A program made the translations under genes and the position numbers. From a virus (lineage: Duplodnaviria > Caudoviricetes): a DNA stretch of 64,000 bases. Position 1 is the first letter of the stretch; every line of letters starts with the position of its first letter. The stretch is from positions 16,586 through 80,585 of the IMG/VR virus record IMGVR_UViG_3300028591_000166; one strand, written 5' to 3'. Positions 13,101 to 25,100 of this stretch are shown one piece after another. The notes under the pieces were generated by a model. That model was not told the DNA's origin. It was given only the letters and a program-made list of their open reading frames with translations, and did not search any database.

Positions 13101-16100
13101 GTCTTTATATTTTTACATCTTTCTATAATACCATGATATGTGTTGTATTTTCTATTACGCATATCGAGTGTGTACGCTTCCGGTTTAGTATTAGCATATT
13201 GTATATCATCTATAAGATAGCCTATTCCTAAGTCATCTAAATTACTCAATAAACCTAAACGGTAATTAACTTGTGCTATAGTTTTACCGAATAGTTCTTC
13301 ATAAGGTTTTTCTTCTTTATATAGAAGTTGTAATATCTCTTGTTTGTATATTTCATTATTATCTATATCAATGTTTAAACGTTTTTTGAATTTTTCTTTT
13401 ATATCATTTTTAGAATTTCTTTTGAATTCTTGTATTTCTTTATCTAATTTATTAATAACACGATGTAGTACATAACGATATTCTCTATATTCTTCTTTAT
13501 CTTCTGATGTTCCTAAAGCATCTATAAATTGGTTAGAAGTTTCTTGTAATAATTTATCAAATGTAGTAGTGCCGTTATCTATTACTTCTATAGAATGTTC
13601 TTTAGCAATAATATATTTATACATACCAATAAGTTTGCTCATATTATCAGTACTGATTTTATTAGTTTCTAAACCAGCTTTATTTAATATTGTTTTAGTT
13701 ATACTGTTGTTAGAGCCATATCTACTATTGTACTGGTATGCGTTTATTTGTTGTATAGTGTCGTCATATCTTTTAATTAATTCTTCAAATTCTTTTTTAG
13801 AACCTGGTAATTGATCTATGTAATACTTACTTAATCTTTTATATTTTTCTCTGCCTTGTTCAGTTTGCATGTCTGATTTAATAGCAAACAATTCTGTGTA
13901 GAGATCATCATTATGTAAGTCATCATAGTGCTGTCTTAAATAATTGTAGAAGCCATACTCTTTAGTTTTTAATTTATTAGTTAGTTCAGCATAATTTCTA
14001 ATTTCTTTTTTAAGTTTAGTTAAATTATCTTTAATATGTAGACGTAGTAATAAATTATCTATTTCATCGGTTTTATCTTTTATGTTTTCATTAAAATATT
14101 CTTTTAGTCCATTTTGATAATCTTCTTTTAAATTAGAATTTTGGACTAACCATAATACAAAGTATAGTTTTTTCTTTTGTCTTCCCTGCTCATTTAAATG
14201 AATTTGATTATTTATATTATCTAATTCTTCGAGTTTTTTATAGTAAGCCTTAGTCATTTCACTAGCGTAATTACCACTAATAAACATATTGAAAGATAAA
14301 TCAGAAGATTCTTTTCTAGTTCTAAGATAGTGTTCTCTGTATGCATTAGTAATATCATCTTTAGCTTTTTGTAATTCTTCTTCGACTTTAGTTAGTTTGT
14401 TTCTAATGTTTGTTAGTGTATTTTTAGCAGTAATTGTTGCTAAACTTTGTTCTCCATATAATGTTGCTGCATCAGACGTATATCTTTGGGCTTCTTCATA
14501 TGTATCATAAAGAACACGAACAGGTAAAGTAATATGTTTTGTATATGTGTACATATCAATAAGGTCTTTAACATATTGTTGTTCATATTCAGTGAGTTTA
14601 TCATATGCTTTGACGCCATTAGTTTTATCTTCTTCTGTTAATCTAAATTCAAAGACAAGATCACAAAATTCATTTATTTTTTCTTCTTCAGTTTTGTTGC
14701 TGTTGCATATATTATATAAAGTATTTATTGGGTCATGTTTAACATAATCTTTATATATAGAAATATCATTCCACATTTTTTTAAATGCTTCTGTACTTTC
14801 GTTAATACGTTTATCTATATCTTTAGTGGATTGTTGTCTGTTATACCAGATATATCCAATAATTTCTTTAGTATAATTTACAGATAAATTAATTAGATAA
14901 CCTTTAGAATTAAAGAAGTCTACTATATCTTCTAATGATTTATTAATTGAATCATTTAATTTTCTAAGTTCTGTTTCTTTATCTGTAATATCTTTGTTAT
15001 TATTTATTTTATTAATCATATCTTCACGCATCAATGAAAACGCTGCTAAAGATCTTTCAATTAAAATTGGATCTTTGTTATTATTTAAATCTTGTATAGC
15101 TGTAATAATTTCGTTTATTCTTATAAAATCTTTGTCTTTCCAGTTTTTAGGATCTATAAATAATTTATATGCTTCAGTAAAATATTTACGTATTTCTGGG
15201 AATGTTGTATTCATAGAACCGACATTGTTATAGTTTGGTGCTTCTATTTCTAGGAATAGTTCCATAGTAAATGTATCTAGTGCTTCTCTGAAGTTACGTA
15301 GTGTACTTGTGTAATCATTACCTTTTTGATCAGCTTTGAATAATACACCAAGTCGTGAACTATTTATATCACGTGCCATTTTTTTCATGTTATTATCAGT
15401 ACAAACTAAATAAGATTTTTTAAGAGTATCGTTAGTTACGTAGTCTTCACTATTATCAATAAGTATAGTGTTAAACATATCATTTTTTGCTTTAATATCT
15501 TTTCTCATTTTGTTAAGTAACCTAACAGGTTTACTTATCTCATCAGTAATATTAATGCTAATGCTATTTGTTTTTCTATCAAATGCGTGTACATTATTAA
15601 AATCTTGTATAAATGTAATATTATTTATTAAAGGTTGTTCTTCAAAGTATTCGACAACGTTTTCTGGTGTAAGTTCTATATTTTTGTTATGTAATGTTTC
15701 ACTCATATAATCATTTTTTCTTTTTTCAATATACATTATTAATGTATAGAATTCATTTATATCTGTATTTAAATTTGTTTTATTTTTATATATAGCATTA
15801 TTTAATAAGTTTTTATATACTTGTTCTAATGTGTAATTATTTATAGTGGATACATCATTATTTTTAATTTCAGTTATACCAAAGTATTTAGATACTTCAT
15901 CTTTTTTTGTAAGGCCTAATAAATTTCTTAATTCTTTATTATTTAGAATATCTTTATTGAAGTGCTTAATGAACCATTTATAGAATTCGGTGTCTTTATT
16001 TAAAATATCTCTGCCAAATGTATGTGGCATATCTTTTAATTCAATATTAGGTGCTTTGTCTTTAGACTTTAATTCATACCATCTTTGAATTATATCCCAG

Positions 16101-19100
16101 TTTTGTTCAAATAAACGTACAGTTTCATTAATGTATTCTATACCTTTATCTTTAAGTTCATATATATTACCACCATTTTTGCTCGGTTTAGCTAGATCAT
16201 TTATATCTTGTAAGTTGCTATTGTTTCCATCAGAAAGAATATATGAGATAATCTTATCGACTGTATCAAATATATTTGATGACTCTGCTCTTTTTAATTT
16301 ATAAGCACTCATAATAACAACTAGTAAATCTTTATTTAAATCTGTGTATAACAAATTATTTTTGTTAATAATATAATTATATAAATCTTTAATAGTTGAT
16401 GTGCTTTCTAATAATTTATTATCGTTTAATTCTTTGTCTAGATTTTCATAGTTAATACTTAGTGTTTTTTTAACATCTACACCACCAGTTATAGCATCTT
16501 CAACATTATCAAGAATTGTATCGAATGCATTTTGTAGTGTTTTATGTTTATCAATACCTAGAGCATCTAAAGCTAATTGTGGTATATAACCTTCTTTAAC
16601 TGGATCTGTTGTTTCAAAAGGTAAGCCCATACTAGATTCAGTATACAATATAGGTTTATCAGGAGTGTCAATATAATACGATGGTGAGAAATAGCTATAT
16701 TTAAATCTGTAACTACTATCTAAATATTTTATAGAATTTATTTTAAGTGTGTTGTTTATGTACTTATCAGATAATCTGTTGTATTCTTCTTCTGATATGA
16801 GACCATATTGTTTCGCTATATTTAGATCACTCATAAATGACATAGTAGCAGTTTCTAAGTACATAAACTCATTGGTTGCGTTTTCATATGTTTGTGTATG
16901 TTTTAATGTACGCATACCTATATTTTGTATATAAGGTTTTACAATATTAAGATATATAAATTTATGTATATTTATATTTCTTTTATTTTTTGGTAAATTC
17001 TTAGATATTGTATTTAATGTGTCTTCAGAGATACCAAGAAAATCCACTAAGTTACGTACATCTGGATCTGTATTAAGTTCAGTATTTGTGAAGTTAACTA
17101 TACATTTATTTTTAGAAAGTTTTTCATCTATTTTTTCACAGGCTTTAACTAGTTTATTTACAACACTATAATGTATGTGTTTTTTATATTTATCGGTTTG
17201 TTTATTTTTTATATATTCAGATTGTAGTTTATCTAGATTATAAGCTTCAGTAGTGCGTTTATATTTATTATATTCAAAGTCTTTTTTAATGGCGTCCATT
17301 AGTTCTAATAATGAGACTTTTCCATTTTTATTTATAGGTAATTCTTTTTCGATATCGAATATTGTTTTTAAACGCATGCTAGATTGTGTGTATAAGTTTG
17401 TACGTTCTTTTGTTGATAGTAAATTTAAATATTTCTGTAGAGTTTTTTTCCAATTTTTTGAGTTCTTTTTCCATTCACTAGCGAATGTATTAGATGCTTC
17501 AGTTAAACCACCTATGAGTTCATTGATACGATCTACAAAGTTATCTTCTAGAATATCTTCATATTTGAAATTATCAATGTCATCAGCATAATTACTACGC
17601 ATATAATGAATAGCATTTAATAATGCCTGATCTAAAGTATCGCCGTTTTTATTTTTTAAATTACTTACTTCATTATATCCTTTTGTTTGGTGTAGAGTAT
17701 TTATTATATCTGCATCATCTATATCATTTTTAATGTACTCATTTGTAAAGAATCTACTTATCATATTTATACTTATTATAGAATCATCATTTGTGTCTCT
17801 AAAATAATCTATAAATTTTTGGTGCGCTAAAATAAGTTTACCTATACGTTGTAATCCTGCAAATGTATATGTGTGTAGTAGATCTCTACCACTGTCTAAT
17901 GCTTGGTCATATAATGTATATTTGTTGTGTAAGTCGATTGCTTCTTCTAATTTTTTTATAGCTTCAACAATATTTTGATTATTTTTAATTTGTCTATCAT
18001 TATCATATAAATTATAATCTTTTAGGAAGCTGTTTAAATCATGCATAAACATAGGCACTATTGTGTCTTGAGCTGTTTTATTTATAATCTCGTTTACTTC
18101 ACAAGAACTATCAGTATATTCATAAGTATACGAACAGTCAATATTGTTAAAGTCTACTGTAGAATTTTTTACAAATTTATTAAATTGATCTTTTGTTAAT
18201 ATATATACATTTGTGTTATGGTACTGAGCTTTAATATTTTTTATTTTTTTATCTATGTCTGTTGTATCGTTGTTCACAATAATTAAAATATTATTGTTTG
18301 TGATCTTTTGTACAATAGCACCACAGTATTCATAATCTTTTTCAATCTTTTTATATTGTTCTTCAATATGGTCTGGGTCCTTTTGTACTTTACTAAAATC
18401 AAATTTATAAATGTTTTCTATAATATTTAAACATACTCTAGGTAGTGCACTTGTTTCAGTTACAAGTTTTTTACCACTAATATCAGTTTTATTTTTATCT
18501 ACTAAATGGTATTCATCAGTATTTCTTTTTTTAGCAACAACATATTTATTAGCATCATATGTGTAATTAGTGTTTAGATAATAATCTGTTATTGTTTCTT
18601 CATTAATTTTACCTGAACAATAATCATTTAAAATTTGTTCAGATAATCTTACGTCACCTATATCATGTATTTTAGAAGATATACTTTTTGCTCTTTCAAT
18701 ATCTTTGTTAAGTAGGTTGAGTTCTACTTGATATTTTCTTTTTAAATAATCATCTTCTGTTGTACTTATTTTAACTTCTTTAATTTTTGCATCTGATTCT
18801 AATTTTTCGATACGTTGATCATTATAGTTACCTGTAGATATTCTTATATTTCTTAAGAATACTTTACAAATAAGTTTTTTAAGTAAGTCTGCTTGTTCTG
18901 TATTTTCATTATTGTCTTTGTATTTTTTATACATATTAAGACATTGAATAAAGAATTGTTGGTTATATCCACCAGATGCTTTATATGCTTCGATAACATC
19001 AGTATTAAATACAATTTTAAACATTTCTTTAGATTCTTTTGAAGAACCCATATAATTAAGTCTAGTCGATACAGTTTCATGGTCATTTATAAATTTCATA

Positions 19101-22100
19101 AATCTGGTATCGTTTAGAGTGTTATAGATTTTTTCTATCTCTCTATCACTTAATGAATCATCTTTACTTTTAACCTGTGCTGTAAACAGATCTTTACTAC
19201 GTGCACTATAACCTAATGCTGATGTTTCACTATTTCTATTTAAAGCAATACGGTATTGATTAGATGCAGATATAAAATCTTTAACTGCTGTACGTTCATC
19301 TTTATTTTGGATTAGTTTGCTATGCAATAATGAACTAAATCCATATAAATTCAGTCTATATGTTTTAGTGAATTCATCAAAAGACATAATTGTACCGTCT
19401 TCTAGTACTAACGTAAATTCTCCAGTTTCAGTATTTTTATCAATTCTATCTACAAGTCCCTTGTAGTAGTTTTTCTTACCTGTTGTGTCTTCTTCAAATA
19501 CATCTGACATTTCTTTAAGTAAAGCACCTACTAATGTTTTTGCATCTGTGTTATTTTCATATTCAGTTAAATGTACAATATCATCTATATAATCTAGGAA
19601 ATCTTTATCTCTGTATACAATATCTTTAATACTATCTGTTGCAATTCTTAAAGATTTATCTTGACTACTACGAACCATAGATTTTTCAAATTCACTGAGT
19701 CTATCAGAAATGTTTCTTATTTCTGCTATACCTGTTATAGGTGTTTTATGAGCAAGTTCTGGTTTTAATATGTACATAGCATTATCATATATTTTAGTTA
19801 ATAATTTATTTCTTATTGATTTTTCTAGTTTTAATATATCTTCTAATATATGATCAGGATTTTTAAGGGAAGTGTACTTTGATGCGATGTCTTTAAAATC
19901 ATCATCATTATCTAGTAAGTAATCTATAGCACGGTATACTTTATTTTTAAACTGATTTGCAATATATCCTTGTGTTGCATTGTACTGTTTATACACACCG
20001 TCTTTAACTTGTTGTAATTGTATAATGATATTTTTACCGTCTACGTAATTATTACATAATGTTTCTATTAAATCTTCACGTGATATATCTTTAGTGTTTA
20101 AGTTTATAAATACATTATTTTCATTAAAGTATCCTATATTGTATTTATATTTATAACAATAGTCCACTAAAGATATCATTTCATTGTGTACATTATTTAA
20201 ATACGCATCTTCATTAGAATCATAGTCTATTGTATCTCTGTAGTTAGTAAATGTTATTTTGCCGTTTACTGATATGTGCGTAAATACAGTAGGAGATAGT
20301 TCGATATATGCTCCTCTTTTTCCATTATAATTTAGTTGCTCATATTTATTAGCAAAGTAATAACTATTTAATTCTTTAAATAGTTCATATCTAGATGCTC
20401 TTGCTGCTCTATTATTACCGCTGAAGTCGTCTAAAAAAGTATATACTTTGATATGATCTTTTTTATTTATTTTATCAAGCATATCTTTAGTTATTTTTAT
20501 ATTTTTTGCTTCATCTTTTTTCATTATAATATATGCGGCATCATCAAATTCTTCTTTAATGCTACGTTTATAATTTTTTATATTCTCATTAGTTTTATGA
20601 TTTTTTCTAGTTTCTTCTTTAATAGCTTGTGCTTCACTATCAGGTTCGTAATTAGTTTCAACATTTTCTTGTATATGTTCTTCGTTTAGCGCTTTAGATA
20701 TTTTACTAATATTTAATTTTTCTTCAGCAACTTTTATAAAGTCACTGTTATACATTAAAGCAGTTTTTCTTAAAACTTCCGTACCTGAATCTTTAGATGT
20801 TATCTTATCTTCTGATTTAAGGACTATATGGTCGTATAAAGAATCCATATTTACGAAGAACTTCAATCCTGTGTCTTCATCTAAACTATGCATTGCAGTA
20901 GCGTGTGCTTTTATAAACGAATATATAGTGGTGTTTCTTAGAGGTTCCATACAAGTGTTAATTGTATTCTCTAAACCTTGTCTCATTAGTCTTAATTCAT
21001 CTTTATTTAAATTCATAGATTCTAATGAAGTATTAATATCCTTAAGGAGTATATTAAATTTCTCTATATACGCTTTTATAACTTTATGTACTTCACTATT
21101 TTCATCATTTATTGCTTTTTTATAAATAAGATATTGCATCTGATTTTGTGTGAGTTCGTTTAAAGGAATATATTGTACTCTTGTATTAGAACTTTTAGAA
21201 GGGTAATTAGCAAGTCTGTCTAAACTTCTTATTATGTCATTTAAATATGCTTCAGAACATAATTTTTCTAAAGTATCTGTAGATATATTTGGATCATGTG
21301 ACACTATATAATTATATATAATCGTACGTAAATATTCTTGTCTCTGTATAGGAAGATTTGATGTTTCTTTCCACTTATCAAATGTCATTGCGTCGTTGTC
21401 TGATAACTCAATATCATCTATTAAAGGTGTCTTATAACCTAGTTTGTAAGTAACTGAGTTTATAATATTTATTAAAGCAGAATTAAAAGTATGTGTAAAT
21501 TTCACACTTAACTTTTTAGTTTTCTTATCTATGTATTTAAGACCAATACCTAAATCTGTTTTAGATATTTCTTCGAATTCACCATTAGCATTTTTAATTA
21601 CAAGAGGTAGTCCATTAAGTAGTGCGGATACTTCTAATGCACCTTTTTCTGAAAGTAGGTCTTGTATTGATTCATCAGTATTGTTACTAATGAATCCATC
21701 TTTATTAAGGAAGTCTAAAAATTCTTTAATTCCCGTACTTTTGGTAATATTGTATTTTTTGTTTTCAATATAATCTTTTATTTCTTTTGCTGTATCGTCT
21801 GTTATTTTTTTGCCTTGTTTAGTCAACCAAGAAGTTAATACATCCATAAAAGACTCAGTGTCAGTGAGTTTACTTTTATTGTTAAATATTAATCTTTTTA
21901 ATGAGTTTAGTGTTAAAGGTGTAGAAGTATATACTTTTTTTAGTCTTATATATTTAGATACAGTCTTAATGTAATCATCAGATAGTTCTTGTCCAATGTG
22001 TGTGATAGCATATCTTAATGCATTAACTGTACTAAATGCTGTTTCATATATATTACTATCAGAATGAATAGCAGCGTATTCACCGTAAATTATACATAGT

Positions 22101-25100
22101 GCATCATATCTAGCTTTTTGTTCTTTAGATAATAATTTAATATTTGCTTTTATTTGTGCATCTGTTAAATCACTACCACCTTCAAGTTGTTCTATTTCTT
22201 GTCTTATTTTATTAGCTTCTTCTTCTGTTTCAATTTTAATAGTATCTTCGCCATTAGAAGTTTTAATATAGTATTTAAGTTTTATTTCATCACTATATTT
22301 AAGTTGTTTTTTAGCTTCATCTAAACGTTCTTTAGTTTCGTTAACCTTTTTTATAGTTTCTTCGTTTATATTTTTAGCTCTATCTTTAACTTGTACTATT
22401 TGTTCGTCAGGAATATATTTAGATTCTTTTTCTTTAAATAATTTCTCACTGTTGAATACACTTTCAGGTTTAGCTATTTTTTCCTTTTCTTCTTTAGTTA
22501 AAAAAGCGTCTGATTTATCTTTAAGAATTTTACTTACTTTTAGTATTCTTATAGATTTTTTAGAGTTAGTTACAGTTTTATAAGAATTTTTCCATGCTTG
22601 ATATAAAGGCATAATAATTTGTTTAAATGTGAATACAGGTATATTAGACAAGCTATTAACTATTTGACCTGCTTGATTAATCATATCCATTTGATTTTTC
22701 ATATTAACATTTAAACTATATAATTTATAGACTTGTGTGTCTCTTGGTGTAAGTTTTAGATCATCTATAAATTTGTTTATTATAATATTATCTGTATCAT
22801 CATTATTATCAGTTATACCATAGTATGAATATAGCGATTCAAATGTATGTTGTGCTTTAGTGAATATATCTTTTTCTTCCTGTGTTAGTTCTTCTTTCTT
22901 ATTTTTTAATCTGTGATATTCTTCTAAAGTTTTTTTAAAGTCAACGTTTACTTCTTGTGCGTTAATATCTGATTGTGAACGTTGTATTTTTGAAGTGAAA
23001 TATTTATTTATGATGTCTGGTACATCTAATGTTGAGTCATCAATAATTTTAATTACTTCTACATTTGTACCTTTGTATAAAGTTTGTATTGATGCATATG
23101 TATCTGCTATAGCTTCTTTGCCACCTTCTAGCCATGAATCTATATAACGAGAGAAGGTATTAGGAATATTAGTATTACTTCCATATATAAGAGAACTACC
23201 TAAAGAGCTTAATTCAGGTAAACCATCTTTCATTGATATAATAATTTTTCCATCACTATCAGTAGTTGTTTTAAAAATAAACTTTGAATCAATATCGTCT
23301 AAAGTAGCGCCATTTAATACTTTCATATAAGCTTCAGTAGCATCTTTTTTCATATATTTATAGAAGCTTTTTTTGAAATTATTTCTACTTATTGATTGAG
23401 CAACTTCTGTAAGATTTTGTGGATCTATTAATATCTCACCAATTGTATCAAATATTGAATTACCGATTGAACCTAAGTTTATATTTGCCTTTTGTCTTGC
23501 TTCAGCTATAGTAGGTGAATTATAAATATCAGGTCCATATCCCCAAGCTTGAGCCATAGCTTTAACGTATGCATTTGGATCTCCTTCAGCCATACCAATA
23601 AGAGCGGCTTTACGTTGTGACGCTCCAAATAAATTATCGTTAATATCTCCATATATAGATAAAGCAGATACAAAACTTAAATCATCTATATCATCAGGTC
23701 TTTCCCAAGAATCCTCAAATTTTGTAGTTAAGGCTGTTATACCTTTATTAGCTAACATGGTTACACCACTACGGAAATAATTACCTGTAGAAGTATTTAC
23801 TAATTTATTAGGTAACCAACCAATTGCACGAGCAATTCCTTTATTTGAATCAGATAACATACTTAGTCTATCCATAGACCAGGTACTTGCGGCCATAGTA
23901 ACAACTGTAGCAATAGATGTCAAAGGTCTATTTATCCAAGAAGAATATAGGTTCATATTAAATAATTGTTGTGCTTTAAGACCTGATGGTGTTAAACTGT
24001 GTCCTACAGTTTGACCTACTAAGAATCCATTTATTGCTCCAGCAGCCATAGACATTACAGTACCTATAACATCAAGTACTTCACCTACAGCAAATAAAGG
24101 AGCACCAACAACTGCACCAATACCTGTAGAAGATGCACCAGAACCTGCAATCTCTAAAGTATCACCTACAAGTGCTACTACGTCACCTACTACAGAAGCA
24201 GTATTAAGACCTATACTAAGTCCTTTCATTAGTTCATTATCATTATCTGCTTGGATAGATTGTACTAGTCCTGCAATGTCTAAACCAAGACCTACTGTAT
24301 CCATAGCTATACCGACTACTGGTGCAAATCCAGCACTTCTACTAACTGCTTTAGAGCCTTGTTCAACTATTTTAGTTGTATCATCAGTTACTTCAGTTGC
24401 TATTTTTGTAATATCACTAATAGTGTCCGCAGATTTTGAAATATTTTTAGATGATTTGACTGCATCTATTACACTATCAGATGCTTTTTTAATTGCTGCT
24501 TTAGTTGTGGATTTTGCTGTATCTACAGCATCTTGTGCTTTATCTACAGTGTCTAGTAAATTATCAGCAGTTTTAATTAAATCATCAGCATTTACTGGCT
24601 TTGTTATAGTAGCTTGTTTTGCTTTAAGATTTGCTAATAAGGTCTTTTCATCATCAGTAAGATTAATTTTTTTACTTAATTCTTTAATTTGATTATTTAA
24701 CTCAATGTATTCTTTTTCATTTTTATTGAGACCTTTAATAAATTTATTATATTTTTTAGATGCTTTATTTAATAAATTAATTTTATCATTATAATCAGTA
24801 ATTTCTTTAGATGCGGTATTATATATAACATTTTTAACTTTATCATAATCTGTAGATCTAAAGGCTTTAGAAGTATCTAAACGTTTAGAACTAAATTTAC
24901 CTGTCCAAGGATTTTGAAAATTATTTTTATTCCAAAACTTTCTTGAGAATATATTTGTAGACTCAAAAGGACTTGTTATAAGTCCACCACCTGCAAGAGC
25001 ACCTATACCAGCACCTACTGTACCACCTATAATACCTGCTGCTTCATACCAATCTTCATCATTATAACCATACTTATCACGGATACGTTCCATATAAAGT

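Noticed and set aside
18853-19086. Alternative-frame minus-strand ORFs (also 26756..26977 and 44957..45196)
   Set aside because: Fully nested in well-supported genes, with no RBS or recognisable motif.
1494-24692. Many 60-155 aa plus-strand ORFs inside the giant gene
   Set aside because: They are antisense shadows of a long AT-rich coding frame: S/L/I/F-rich translations, mostly TTG/GTG starts and no RBS.
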